DNA of 64,000 nucleotides from Alphaproteobacteria bacterium (GTDB taxonomy: Bacteria; Pseudomonadota; Alphaproteobacteria; UBA7985), in assembly GCA_965660945.1 (NCBI GenBank), contig CBFIBS010000012.1, forward strand, positions 23,461 through 87,460. The letters run 5' to 3'. The position numbers and the translations under genes were made by a program. The stretch's first letter is position 1, and the number at the start of each line of letters is the position of its first letter. This document shows, one piece after another, positions 49,130 through 58,515 of the stretch. The notes beneath the pieces were generated by a model. That model saw nothing but the letters and a program-made list of their open reading frames with translations. It was not told the origin of the DNA and ran no database searches.

Positions 49130-50926
49130 TCAGAAGTTAGCGGCGTGCGCGACGGCGAACGTGTCTTCGGGCTTGCGCATTCGCTCGCACAGCTCGGCAA
49201 CACGAGAGAGTTCGTGGCGGTAGAAATAACCCGCCGACAAGACCTTACCCTCCACGTAGTCAGCGCTGAGCGCGCCATTGGATTTCGCAGCGGACACTAT
49301 TTTGGCATGCATCCATGCCATCACCACTAAGCCGAAGGCATCGAGGTACAGTGTAGCCTGTGACAGCCCCTGTCGTGGCCCGCTCTGCTGGAACTCTGCC
49401 CCAAGGGCTGTTGTTGCGCCTGCCAGCTCCTGCATCGCGGCCTGCAGTTGTGCGGCGAGATCGGGGGAGAAGCCGCCCGCGATCGCTTGCTCCAGGTCGT
49501 TCTGGACCAAGGCTGAAAATGCTGCCAGCCCCCGGCCGCCATCCCGCATGACCTTGCGACCCAGCAGGTCGAGACCCTGAATGCCGTTGGTCCCCTCGTG
49601 GATCGGATTGAGGCGGTTATCGCGATAGATCTGCTCGACCTGAAAGTCCCGCGTGTAGCCGTAGCCGCCGTGGATCTGTATGGCCTCGTGATTGGCACGA
49701 AGAGTGGCGTCGCTGATCCAGCCTTTGATCACAGGGGTAAGCAGGTCGAGGATTTGGTGTGTCCGCGCCCGTTGATCGGGGTCGGCGTCGTATTTCTCCA
49801 CGTCTACCAGACGGGCGGCGTAGAAGCACAGCGCCAGCGCAGGTTCGCACAGCGACTTCTGCACCATCAGCATGCGCCGCACGTCGGCGTGCTCGATGAT
49901 CATTACTGGCTTGGATGTGGGATCACGCTCGTCAGCGTGACGGCCCTGCGGGCGTTCCCCGGCGTAGCGCAGACTTTCTGCATAGCCCGCCAGCCCCAGA
50001 CAGGCCGAGCTGAGGCCGACACCAATCCGCGCCTCGTTCATCATGTGGAACATATAGGCCAGTCCGTGACCCGCTTCACCGATCAGCTCGCCTTCACAAC
50101 TATCGTCCTCACCGAAAGCTAGGATGGTGTTGGTGGTGCCGCGGTAGCCCATTTTATGGTTCAGGCTGACCAGCCGCACGTCATTGGAAGAGCCGATCTC
50201 TCCTGCGGTATCAGTGCGTCGCTTGGGCACGATGAAGATCGAAATGCCCTTGGTGCCTGTCTGTGCGCCTTCGATGCGGGCGAGCACGAGGTGGACGATG
50301 TTTTCGCTGAGTTCGTGATCGCCTGCAGAAATCCACATCTTCTGACCGCGCAGCTTGTAGTGCCCGGGTTTATCCGAGATTGGGGTTGCAGTCGTGCGAA
50401 TATCGGCGAGGCCCGAGCCCGCGTGCGGCTCCGAAAGGCACATGGTGCCAAAGAACCTGCCCTCTAGCATAGAAGGCAGCCAGCGGTCCTTTTGCTCGGG
50501 GGATGCATGCGCTTTGATCAGGTTGGCCGCACCGACCGTTAGGAAGGGGTAGCCTGAGGTCGCGATGTTCGTGGCCTGAAAAAACGCTGAAGCCCCTTGC
50601 GCCACAGCCCACGGGAGGGCCAGTCCCCCGTCTTCCTCGTCGTGGTGGGCGGCGAAAAAGCCAGCTTCGCGGTAGGCATCCATGGCCTCGGCGACCTCCG
50701 GGATCAGCTCGACTACGCCATTGACCACACGGGGTTCATTCAGATCGCCCTTGCGATTGTGCGGGGCAAAATAGTCGTCGGCGATCTTGCGCGCGGTTTC
50801 CAGCACCGCTTCGTAGGTCTCCCGGTTGTGCGATTCAAAGCGCGGTAAGGTAGAGAGGTCTTCCACGCCCACCACGTCAAAGAGGGCGAAGGCGACTTCG
50901 CGTGCCATGAGGTCGGAGATCTGCAC
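49130..50926 (-). CDS. Long-form acyl-CoA dehydrogenase (about 600 aa, with C-terminal AcylCoA_DH-associated domain)
   Basis: The ACAD core motifs (...IQIHGGYGYTRDFQVEQIYRDNRLNPIHEGTNGIQ...) are followed by a roughly 150-aa C-terminal extension. Confidence 0.85.
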   Translation of the reverse strand: MQISDLMAREVAFALFDVVGVEDLSTLPRFESHNRETYEAVLETARKIADDYFAPHNRKGDLNEPRVVNGVVELIPEVAEAMDAYREAGFFAAHHDEEDGGLALPWAVAQGASAFFQATNIATSGYPFLTVGAANLIKAHASPEQKDRWLPSMLEGRFFGTMCLSEPHAGSGLADIRTTATPISDKPGHYKLRGQKMWISAGDHELSENIVHLVLARIEGAQTGTKGISIFIVPKRRTDTAGEIGSSNDVRLVSLNHKMGYRGTTNTILAFGEDDSCEGELIGEAGHGLAYMFHMMNEARIGVGLSSACLGLAGYAESLRYAGERPQGRHADERDPTSKPVMIIEHADVRRMLMVQKSLCEPALALCFYAARLVDVEKYDADPDQRARTHQILDLLTPVIKGWISDATLRANHEAIQIHGGYGYTRDFQVEQIYRDNRLNPIHEGTNGIQGLDLLGRKVMRDGGRGLAAFSALVQNDLEQAIAGGFSPDLAAQLQAAMQELAGATTALGAEFQQSGPRQGLSQATLYLDAFGLVVMAWMHAKIVSAAKSNGALSADYVEGKVLSAGYFYRHELSRVAELCERMRKPEDTFAVAHAANF

Positions 50927-51221
50927 GGTTGAGGATCCTTATTCTGTCATATCGTGGCACGCAAAGTTCACACGCCCGGACTGTAGCGAGGCAAGGGCAG
51001 GGTGCAACGGTAAACTGGTGGACCGTAATCTTTGCCGCAGATCCGATTATGGTGACCATCTGCAACGCAGAAGACACGCATGAAACGAATTTACAAAAAG
51101 TTATTCAATTTTGTTTGGTGGTGTTTGAGTCTGGGCGATAAGTGCCGTGATAGATCTGCGCCCGATCGACCGAACGTCGGGCGGTGCGGATCACATACTT
51201 TGATGCATTGAGGAATATAGC

Positions 51222-51773
51222 ATGGCGAATAACGCACTCCGTCTTGGTTTCGTGGCCTTGGGTTTCGTGTTGTCGGCTGGAACCGCCCTTGCCCATCCAA
51301 GCCCTTCAGCAACAAAGCCAATCGTTTATGCCAAGAGCCCCATTGTGGTTGCCACGCCCGCTGCCAGCGGCCATGTCCATGCGCATAGCCACGGCTGGGG
51401 GCGCAACCATGTTCATGCTCACGGCCCGGCCCATCATCCGGTTGCTGCGCCCGTCGTTGCCCGTCCCTACGACTGTGTTTGCGCGCGTAGCGCATCGGGT
51501 GAAAAGGTCCCAGTCTACTTGACCGCCAGCCGGTGGCATGGCCCTGCCAAGGCCTATGTCGGGGGTGGAAAGCGTCTCATCGACGTCACTGGCTACCATC
51601 AGGGACACTGGCGGGTCGGCTACTACCCCGAGGGTGAAGACGGCATCCAGTACGGATGGGTTCGGGAAAGTGATTTGGTCTGCAAGGAATACGGCGGCGG
51701 CTCTGCTTCTGTCACGGTTCCCTTACGCGCGCATGAGCCAGAAGTGATCGAGGCTCCCCTTTATCTCAAGTAG
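51222..51773 (+). CDS. Hypothetical secreted protein with a His-rich tract
   Basis: A signal peptide is followed by ASGHVHAHSHGWGRNHVHAHGPAHHP. It is preceded by an AT-rich promoter-like region. Confidence 0.5.
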   Translation: MANNALRLGFVALGFVLSAGTALAHPSPSATKPIVYAKSPIVVATPAASGHVHAHSHGWGRNHVHAHGPAHHPVAAPVVARPYDCVCARSASGEKVPVYLTASRWHGPAKAYVGGGKRLIDVTGYHQGHWRVGYYPEGEDGIQYGWVRESDLVCKEYGGGSASVTVPLRAHEPEVIEAPLYLK

Positions 51774-51985
51774 CAGCGTTTTGGGCAGGGCTGAGTTTAA
51801 CCGCATCAGCTCTGCCCCGCTGATACTAACACGCGCGCCAAATCAGGCTGGCAGTAGGCCAGATGCGGGCCCTGAGAATTCCTCTCAGCGTCGTGATTTA
51901 CCCTGCACCAAAGTGTTGAAAACTCCTGTTCTGCGTGGTCTAACAGGGAGGTTTGCTGATGCAATTCCTCGGGGAAAGTTTTTCA

Positions 51986-53146
51986 ATGTCTGCCTATGTA
52001 TTTACTTCGGAGTCCGTCTCCGAAGGTCATCCGGATAAGGTCTGTGATCAGGTTTCCGATGCGGTTGTCGATTTGTTTCTGTCGCGCAATCCGGAAGCGC
52101 GGGTCGGGGTCGAAACCCTGACCACCACCAACCGGGTGGTACTGGCCGGTGAGGTCCGAGGCGATGTCAGCAAAGACGAGATGATCGCGGCGGCACGGGA
52201 TGTGATCAAGCGCATCGGTTATGAGCAGGATGGCTTCCACTGGCAGAACGCGGCCGTTGATTGCTACGTTCATGGCCAGTCCGCGGATATCGCCCAGGGT
52301 GTTGACGAGGGCGAAGGCCTGTTCACCGAAGAGGGCGCGGGTGACCAGGGGATCATGTTTGGCTATGCCTGTAACGAGACCCCGACGCTGATGCCAGCAC
52401 CAATCCAATACGCCCACGAAATTTTGCAGCGGCTTTCTGCGCTGCGAAAGGGCGGTGAAGACCGCCTCGGTCCCGATGCCAAATCGCAGGTGACGCTGGT
52501 TTACGAAAACGGCGTTCCTGTGGCGACGACCAACGTGGTGGTCTCGACCCAGCATAGCGCTTCTGCGACGCAGGATCAGGTGCGGGACATTGTCCGCGGC
52601 GTGGTCTCTGACGTGCTGCCCGCGGGCTGGATGCCGGGCGAAGACAGCTTTTACTGCAACCCGACCGGACAGTTCATCATCGGCGGCCCCGATGGCGATG
52701 CCGGCCTGACCGGGCGCAAGATCATCGTCGATACCTACGGCGGTGCGGCGCCCCACGGCGGTGGTGCCTTTTCCGGCAAGGACCCGACCAAGGTCGACCG
52801 TTCGGCGGCCTACGCCGCGCGCTATCTGGCCAAGAACGTGGTTGCAGCCGGGCTGGCCGAACGCTGCACGATCCAGCTGTCCTACGCGATCGGCGTGGCA
52901 AAGCCGCTGTCGATCTTTGTGAACACCGACGGAACCGGCACGGTCGATGACAGCCGCATCGGTGAGGTCGTAGGCCAAGTCATGGATCTGCGCCCTAAGG
53001 GCATTCGAACCCACCTCGGCCTGAACCGGCCGATCTACGAGCGCACCGCGGCCTACGGGCATTTTGGCCGAACCCCTGACGAAGATGGCGGATTCTCGTG
53101 GGAGCGCACCGACCTGATCGAAGCGATCAAGGCTGAGCTATCCTGA
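51986..53146 (+). CDS. metK: S-adenosylmethionine synthase
   Basis: The N-terminus [27 protein letters not shown] and the overall length match MetK. The ATG at 51986 is preferred over the upstream in-frame ATG at 51953. Confidence 0.9.
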   Translation: MSAYVFTSESVSEGHPDKVCDQVSDAVVDLFLSRNPEARVGVETLTTTNRVVLAGEVRGDVSKDEMIAAARDVIKRIGYEQDGFHWQNAAVDCYVHGQSADIAQGVDEGEGLFTEEGAGDQGIMFGYACNETPTLMPAPIQYAHEILQRLSALRKGGEDRLGPDAKSQVTLVYENGVPVATTNVVVSTQHSASATQDQVRDIVRGVVSDVLPAGWMPGEDSFYCNPTGQFIIGGPDGDAGLTGRKIIVDTYGGAAPHGGGAFSGKDPTKVDRSAAYAARYLAKNVVAAGLAERCTIQLSYAIGVAKPLSIFVNTDGTGTVDDSRIGEVVGQVMDLRPKGIRTHLGLNRPIYERTAAYGHFGRTPDEDGGFSWERTDLIEAIKAELS

Positions 53147-54162
53147 TGCTAGACCGCGGTATGCCGGAGACGGCGCGCTACGACGTTACGTCGATGGGCA
53201 ACGCCATCGTTGACGTGCTGTGGCAGGCACCGGAGAGCGCCATCGCTGAATATAGCCTCAATCGGGGCAGTATGACGCTGATCGACGAAGACCGAGCGGA
53301 GTTCCTGACCAGTGTCATGGGTGATGAAAGGCTGATGGAGTCCGGCGGGTCGGCCGGCAATACAGCCGTGGGCATCGCAGCGCTGGGTGGGCGTTCAGCC
53401 TACGTTGGCAAGGTCAAAGATGACGAGCTGGGCCGAGCCTTCCAGTCCAGCCTGACCCAGACCGGAACGCTGTTTGAAACCCCGTTCAGCACGGAAGGGC
53501 CTGCGACCGCGCGCTGTCTGATTTTCGTGACACCTGACGGTCAGCGAACCATGAATACATTTCTGGGCGCCAGCACCCGCCTGGCGCCACGCGACATTAA
53601 TGCCGACGTGATTGGTGGCTCTGCAGTCACCTATATGGAAGGCTATCTCTGGGACCAGCCCGAGGCCAAGGACGCCTTCCGCCTCGCTATTGAGGTTGCC
53701 CATGCTCAGGGTCGCCTGACTTCGCTGTCGCTCTCCGACCCCTTTTGCGTTGATCGCTGGCGCGACGAATTTGTCGACATGATCGACGCTGGCATGATCG
53801 ACATTATCTTCGCCAATCAGGACGAACTCAAAAGCCTGTATCAGACCGAAGACCTTGCCCAGGCGCGTTTGCGGGGGCTGGCTGCCAACGTCAAGCTGAT
53901 CGCGCTGACCAAGGGCTACGAGGGGTCAGAACTTCTGGTACCGGGGGAGAGTGCCATTGACGTTCCAGTGGTCGAAGTGGTCAAGCGGGTCGATACTACG
54001 GGCGCTGGAGATTTGTATGCGGCCGGTTTCCTGCATGGTTTCACGCAAGGCGAAGCGCTCGAGACTTGTGGTCTCTGGGGCGCGCGGGCCGCAGCGGCTG
54101 TGATCCAGCGGGTGGGCGCGCGTCTGACTGCAGCTGAACTCGCCGCGGTAACAGCCGCATAA
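53146..54162 (+). CDS. Adenosine kinase / PfkB-family carbohydrate kinase
   Basis: The C-terminal PfkB motif DTTGAGDLYAAGFL is present. The start overlaps the metK stop. Confidence 0.75.
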   Translation: MLDRGMPETARYDVTSMGNAIVDVLWQAPESAIAEYSLNRGSMTLIDEDRAEFLTSVMGDERLMESGGSAGNTAVGIAALGGRSAYVGKVKDDELGRAFQSSLTQTGTLFETPFSTEGPATARCLIFVTPDGQRTMNTFLGASTRLAPRDINADVIGGSAVTYMEGYLWDQPEAKDAFRLAIEVAHAQGRLTSLSLSDPFCVDRWRDEFVDMIDAGMIDIIFANQDELKSLYQTEDLAQARLRGLAANVKLIALTKGYEGSELLVPGESAIDVPVVEVVKRVDTTGAGDLYAAGFLHGFTQGEALETCGLWGARAAAAVIQRVGARLTAAELAAVTAA

Positions 54163-54341
54163 TATTGTCTAAAAATCTCCGATTTTTCTATTTTTTTGGG
54201 TTGGTCGTGCTATAACAAGCCGCTCGCATAAGGCTGCGACCATGGGTCGGAAACAGCCTGTGCACTTGGGGCGAAGCTCTCGGTCCTGCCTGATTTGAGC
54301 CGGAAACCCTGCGTCTTCGCCGGTACTTAGCGGAGTGTTAC

Positions 54342-57074
54342 ATGCCTGGCTCAATCATCGCTCGACTGTCCCGGATCGGGGCGGCTGGCGCCTTGGTGCT
54401 TATGTCTGTGTTTACTGGTGGCAGTGCGGGGGGGCAGGGAACCTCCGGGCTCAGCGATGATGTTCCGGTCGCCCTGATCCTCGATGCCTCGCGCTCGATG
54501 CTGGACGAGGTCGAAGGCCGCCGCCGCATGGATGTGGCCCGCGATGCCATGCTGCAGATTGCGCCCGGTCCGCTGACCCAGCGCCGCGCCTCACTTGTCA
54601 GCTTTGGCAACGACCGGGTCAACGAGTGCGATAACATTCCGATAATCCACCCCTTCGGCAGCGACGATGTCCGCAGCACGCTCGACGCCATTCAGGCGCT
54701 GGAGCCGGCCGAGCCGGGTGAGGGGGAAGAGTCGCTGTTCGGCTCCCCGCTTTACCGCGCGCTTGAAGTGGCGATGGATACCTTGCCCACCGAGGCTGAA
54801 GAGGCGTCGATCGTCATGGTCACCGACGGCATTGACGCCTGTGACCGAAATATCTGTGAGCTCGTGCCAACGCTGCAGGACCGCAGCATCACCGTCGATA
54901 TCCTTGCCATCGACGTGGACCCCGTCCTGCTGGGGCAGCTCGCCTGTGTGCCGGCGGGAACCGGCGGTGCGTTACTGCCCTCCGACAACCTGACTTCCAT
55001 CAGCTCCTACGTCAGCCTGCTGTCCCGGGCGGCGCAGGGGGAAAGCGTCGACTTGCAGCCCTACATCGACGACGCTGAGCGCCTGCGCGCTGAGCTGAGC
55101 ACCATGCGTGAGGAGCGTGACGCGCTGGATCGCTTGGGCCAGTCGCTGGATGCTGATCTGCTCCGGGTGTTTGGGGAGCTGGACGAAGCCCGTATCCGGG
55201 TTAGAAGCCTCGAAGCCGTTCTCGCCAACGCCGAAGACCAGAATGCGGAGCAGGTAAACGGTCTGGAGGCCCAGATCGCTGATGCGCAGGCGAGGATAGC
55301 CGCGTTGCAGGATCGCATTCTTGCACTTGATGCAGCCGTAACGCGTTGCGATCAGGAAAAGGCTGCGTTGGAACAGCAGCTTACGCTTGCACTTGGCCGC
55401 ATTGCCGAACTTGAGTCGCTGGAACCCGTTGAAGTTGTCAAGGAAGTTACGGTCATTCAGGTTGAAGCGGACCCAAAGGTTGTTGCGGACTTGGAAACTG
55501 CAAAACAAGCTCTTGCCGCTCTGGGGTGCCCCTTTGAATCGCTCGACGCCTGCGAGCCGACAAACCAAGATCGTGAAGTTGCTCTGCTTGCGGAGATCGA
55601 CGCATTGCGTGACGATGCCCGGGTCAGACAGGGCGCGCTTGAAACGATTGCCAACGAACGCGACCGAATCGAGGCTGGTTGGGAGCAGTCAGAAAAGCGA
55701 CTACAGCGAATGATCGACGGCCTCGCGCTGACCGCGACTGCCTATGAGACAGCCTTAAACGACGACTTTAACTGGCAGGGGCAGGTTGCCAGCCATGAGG
55801 CTGCCGGCCGCGGAATGGCCAGCGTGCGTGCCAACCGCCAACTGATGGCTCTCGTCTCCCGCAGGCAGCAGGTTCAGATCATAGAAGCCGATACGTCCGG
55901 CTTGAAGGAGCAGGTGGACAGCCTGACTGCGCAGCGCGATGCGATGGAGGGACGACTGGCTGAGATACTCGATGAACGCAATGGGTTCCGCGCCAGCCTC
56001 GCCGCCATGACCGACGAGCGCGATACCATGCAGAGCGAACGCGATGGCCTCGCCCGACGGGTTGAACAGTTGACCCAGCGTGCGGCGCTGTTCGTCGACG
56101 AACGCGACGCTGCCGTTGAACTCTCTGAGGAGCGACTTGGAGAGATCCTGCGTCTGACGGAAGTGATGCAAACCCTGAATGGCGAGCTGAGTGACACGGT
56201 GGCTTCCTTCAATGAAGCCGAGGCCGCCCGCGCTTCGCTTGCGCTCGAAAACCAAGGGCTGAACCAGCAGATCGAGGCAGATGCGGATCAGAAACAGGCG
56301 TTGAATGACGAAATCGAAGCCCTTCGCTCGGCCCTTGCAGCGGTGCAGGCTGAGCGTGATGAGGCGCGAGCCGACCGGGTTCATCTGCTGGAAGAGGTGT
56401 CCCGGCTGGATATCACCGTGGAGACTGTGCTGTCCAAGAACGTGACGCTTCAAACCCAAATCGATGCAGCGCTGCAGCAAGCAGAGGTTGATCGGTCCCA
56501 GGCCGAACAGGCAATCGCTGACAAAGACGCAGCGCTAGAACAGTGGGACAGGGTGAAGCTCGAGCTTTCGACGGCCCAAGAACAGCACAAAATACTGACT
56601 GAGAAAGTCGATGGCCTCCTCACCAGTCTCGAGCAGCGTGATGCGCAAATCGCTGCTTCTGGCGAAACGAATAGAGATCTGGACCAGGAGAACCGCTCGC
56701 TAATGGCCTTTGTCGATGGCTTGGAGGGTGAGCTCAACGACCGTGAGGTCGCGCTACGGGAGAGTGAGCGCCAGCTCGAGGAAACGCGCGCTTCGTTGGC
56801 ACGCGTGACCGATCAGTCGGCCGCGAACCAGGCCTTCTTTGACCTTGTTGTCGGTCAGTGTACCGCGTTAATGGGCTGGGAAGGTGGAGCGGAGGAAGAC
56901 GTCGACCGCCAGACGCTTGCCTATGAGTGTGCAGCGGCCTTTGAGAGCGCGCGGCGATGGCGGGCGGATCTGACTGAAATGGTGGATTTACGAGACCGGA
57001 GCCTGCAGGCCTGTGAAGCGCGGCAGGCAGCGCTCGAAGCGCAGTCCTGCGCACTGTTGCCGTCAGACGATTGA
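54342..57074 (+). CDS. Secreted von Willebrand factor A (VWA) domain protein with a roughly 600-aa coiled-coil region and a Cys-containing C-terminal domain
   Basis: A signal peptide is followed by the MIDAS motif DxSxS (LILDASRSM) and a second VWA motif (MVTDGIDAC). The long heptad-like region has recurring ...ERD...L... segments, and the last roughly 90 aa contain five Cys. Confidence 0.65.
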   Translation: MPGSIIARLSRIGAAGALVLMSVFTGGSAGGQGTSGLSDDVPVALILDASRSMLDEVEGRRRMDVARDAMLQIAPGPLTQRRASLVSFGNDRVNECDNIPIIHPFGSDDVRSTLDAIQALEPAEPGEGEESLFGSPLYRALEVAMDTLPTEAEEASIVMVTDGIDACDRNICELVPTLQDRSITVDILAIDVDPVLLGQLACVPAGTGGALLPSDNLTSISSYVSLLSRAAQGESVDLQPYIDDAERLRAELSTMREERDALDRLGQSLDADLLRVFGELDEARIRVRSLEAVLANAEDQNAEQVNGLEAQIADAQARIAALQDRILALDAAVTRCDQEKAALEQQLTLALGRIAELESLEPVEVVKEVTVIQVEADPKVVADLETAKQALAALGCPFESLDACEPTNQDREVALLAEIDALRDDARVRQGALETIANERDRIEAGWEQSEKRLQRMIDGLALTATAYETALNDDFNWQGQVASHEAAGRGMASVRANRQLMALVSRRQQVQIIEADTSGLKEQVDSLTAQRDAMEGRLAEILDERNGFRASLAAMTDERDTMQSERDGLARRVEQLTQRAALFVDERDAAVELSEERLGEILRLTEVMQTLNGELSDTVASFNEAEAARASLALENQGLNQQIEADADQKQALNDEIEALRSALAAVQAERDEARADRVHLLEEVSRLDITVETVLSKNVTLQTQIDAALQQAEVDRSQAEQAIADKDAALEQWDRVKLELSTAQEQHKILTEKVDGLLTSLEQRDAQIAASGETNRDLDQENRSLMAFVDGLEGELNDREVALRESERQLEETRASLARVTDQSAANQAFFDLVVGQCTALMGWEGGAEEDVDRQTLAYECAAAFESARRWRADLTEMVDLRDRSLQACEARQAALEAQSCALLPSDD

Positions 57075-57391
57075 TCCGGAAAAGAAGGCGAGGGCGGTTA
57101 AGCGGCGGGATGGGCAAGTTTAACCAGCCCTCGCGAGTTGCGGCTTGTAAGTGCTAAACGATTGCCGCCTTGTTGACCGCAGCCGCGGAGGCTGTTGGTC
57201 GTTTTTGGCTCCACGCCAGCACCACGCTCTTGGCTGCAATGCCCGTGCAAACGCGCTAAGCAACTGATCGGATGCGTATTTCTCAGGTGTTGGGCCAGTG
57301 GCTCCTTTGCTTATGCGTCACGCCTTCCGTTCCGCAATTTTAAAACGCACAGCGTGCCGGCTTATGCGATGGCCGGTTGCGTAGGTCGGCG

Positions 57392-57898
57392 CTATTCGGC
57401 TGTGTCATCGGGGCGGACGCTTCCAACGTTGGCGTCAACCTGCGCCTTAAGGGTTTCGATTTCATCCAGCAGCGCAGCCCGTTCGCTGTCCCAGCCTTCC
57501 TGCCGGACGTTCAGGTGGCGGGAGAAGATATTGAGCGTCGCCTGCGCAAGATTGGAATCGTCGTGCGGTGCGGCCTGAAACAGCACGACGTCATCCCCGC
57601 CCAGACGGAGAACCGGCCCGATCTGGCACGAGGCGGTCAGGGATCGCGTGCTGCCTGCGGCGGGGAAGGTTGCCTCGAACCGGCTCAGCGTTGGGCCGTG
57701 CGGGGGCAGGCCGTTGCTCAGGCTGCGGATAGACACCGCTTTTGACAGGCCATGCTCAGCGAGTATCCGCTGCAGTGCCGGGTTGGACCACACCAGCGCG
57801 TGGCTTTCCAGTGCGCACAGCCCGACCGGCGCGATCATCGCATCGAGCAAGGCGATCAGACCATCGCCGCGAGGGGTTTCGGACGCCGCCGGTGCCAT
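57392..57898 (-). CDS. Hypothetical protein, co-transcribed partner of the truncated haemoglobin
   Basis: The 168-aa ORF starts 6 nt after the globin stop on the same strand. No family was recognised. Confidence 0.4.
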   Translation of the reverse strand: MAPAASETPRGDGLIALLDAMIAPVGLCALESHALVWSNPALQRILAEHGLSKAVSIRSLSNGLPPHGPTLSRFEATFPAAGSTRSLTASCQIGPVLRLGGDDVVLFQAAPHDDSNLAQATLNIFSRHLNVRQEGWDSERAALLDEIETLKAQVDANVGSVRPDDTAE

Positions 57899-57904
57899 GG
57901 CTGA

Positions 57905-58285
57905 TCAGGTTCCGGTCGCGCCAGCCGTCGGATCGACAATCACCGAGCGGACGGAATCGACCGCATCGAGCAGCACGGCCTTGTCGTTTGCGCTGAGGCC
58001 ATGGCTATCGAGGGTCTGGTCGAGGATCACAGCCAGCTCATCAAAGTGCGTCTGCTGGACCCGCAGATGGCGGTGCGCCCGCCGCAGGGCTTCGACGTCG
58101 AGGTCGTAGGGCCCGCCCATAACAGCGCCGACCGTCTGGATCTGATGCTCGATCAGGCCCTCCATATTCACGCCGTCGAAGTAGGGCGCAAGGGCTTTTG
58201 AAACCAGCAGACGGTCATAGAAATCGCGGACCGTTTGAGCGACAAAGCTATAGCCGCCATATCGGTTCCAGATAGTCTCTTGCAT
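57905..58285 (-). CDS. Group I truncated haemoglobin (trHbN-like 2/2 globin)
   Basis: The 126-aa product has the twin Gly-Gly motifs (NRYGGYSF, VMGGPYD), B10 Tyr (FYDRLL) and a proximal-His region (RRAHRHLRV). The pattern matches M. tuberculosis HbN. Confidence 0.7.
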   Translation of the reverse strand: MQETIWNRYGGYSFVAQTVRDFYDRLLVSKALAPYFDGVNMEGLIEHQIQTVGAVMGGPYDLDVEALRRAHRHLRVQQTHFDELAVILDQTLDSHGLSANDKAVLLDAVDSVRSVIVDPTAGATGT

Positions 58286-58515
58286 GGGTTCCCATCCTGT
58301 CTGCCTTGGTTACACTGTTGGGGGCTTGCATAATTGGCGCCAATCGTTCTTAGGGCCATCTTGCCCTCAGGTAGTGTATAAAGTGAAGGTTTGCAGCTCT
58401 TTGCGACCTGTAGGTGATAGGCCCTTGCGAGCCATTTCTTAGGGCAAAGCCCTAAACTTACCAATTTGACGAAAACTCGTCATTTAGACGGTCAATTTGA
58501 CGGAAGGCAGGGATC

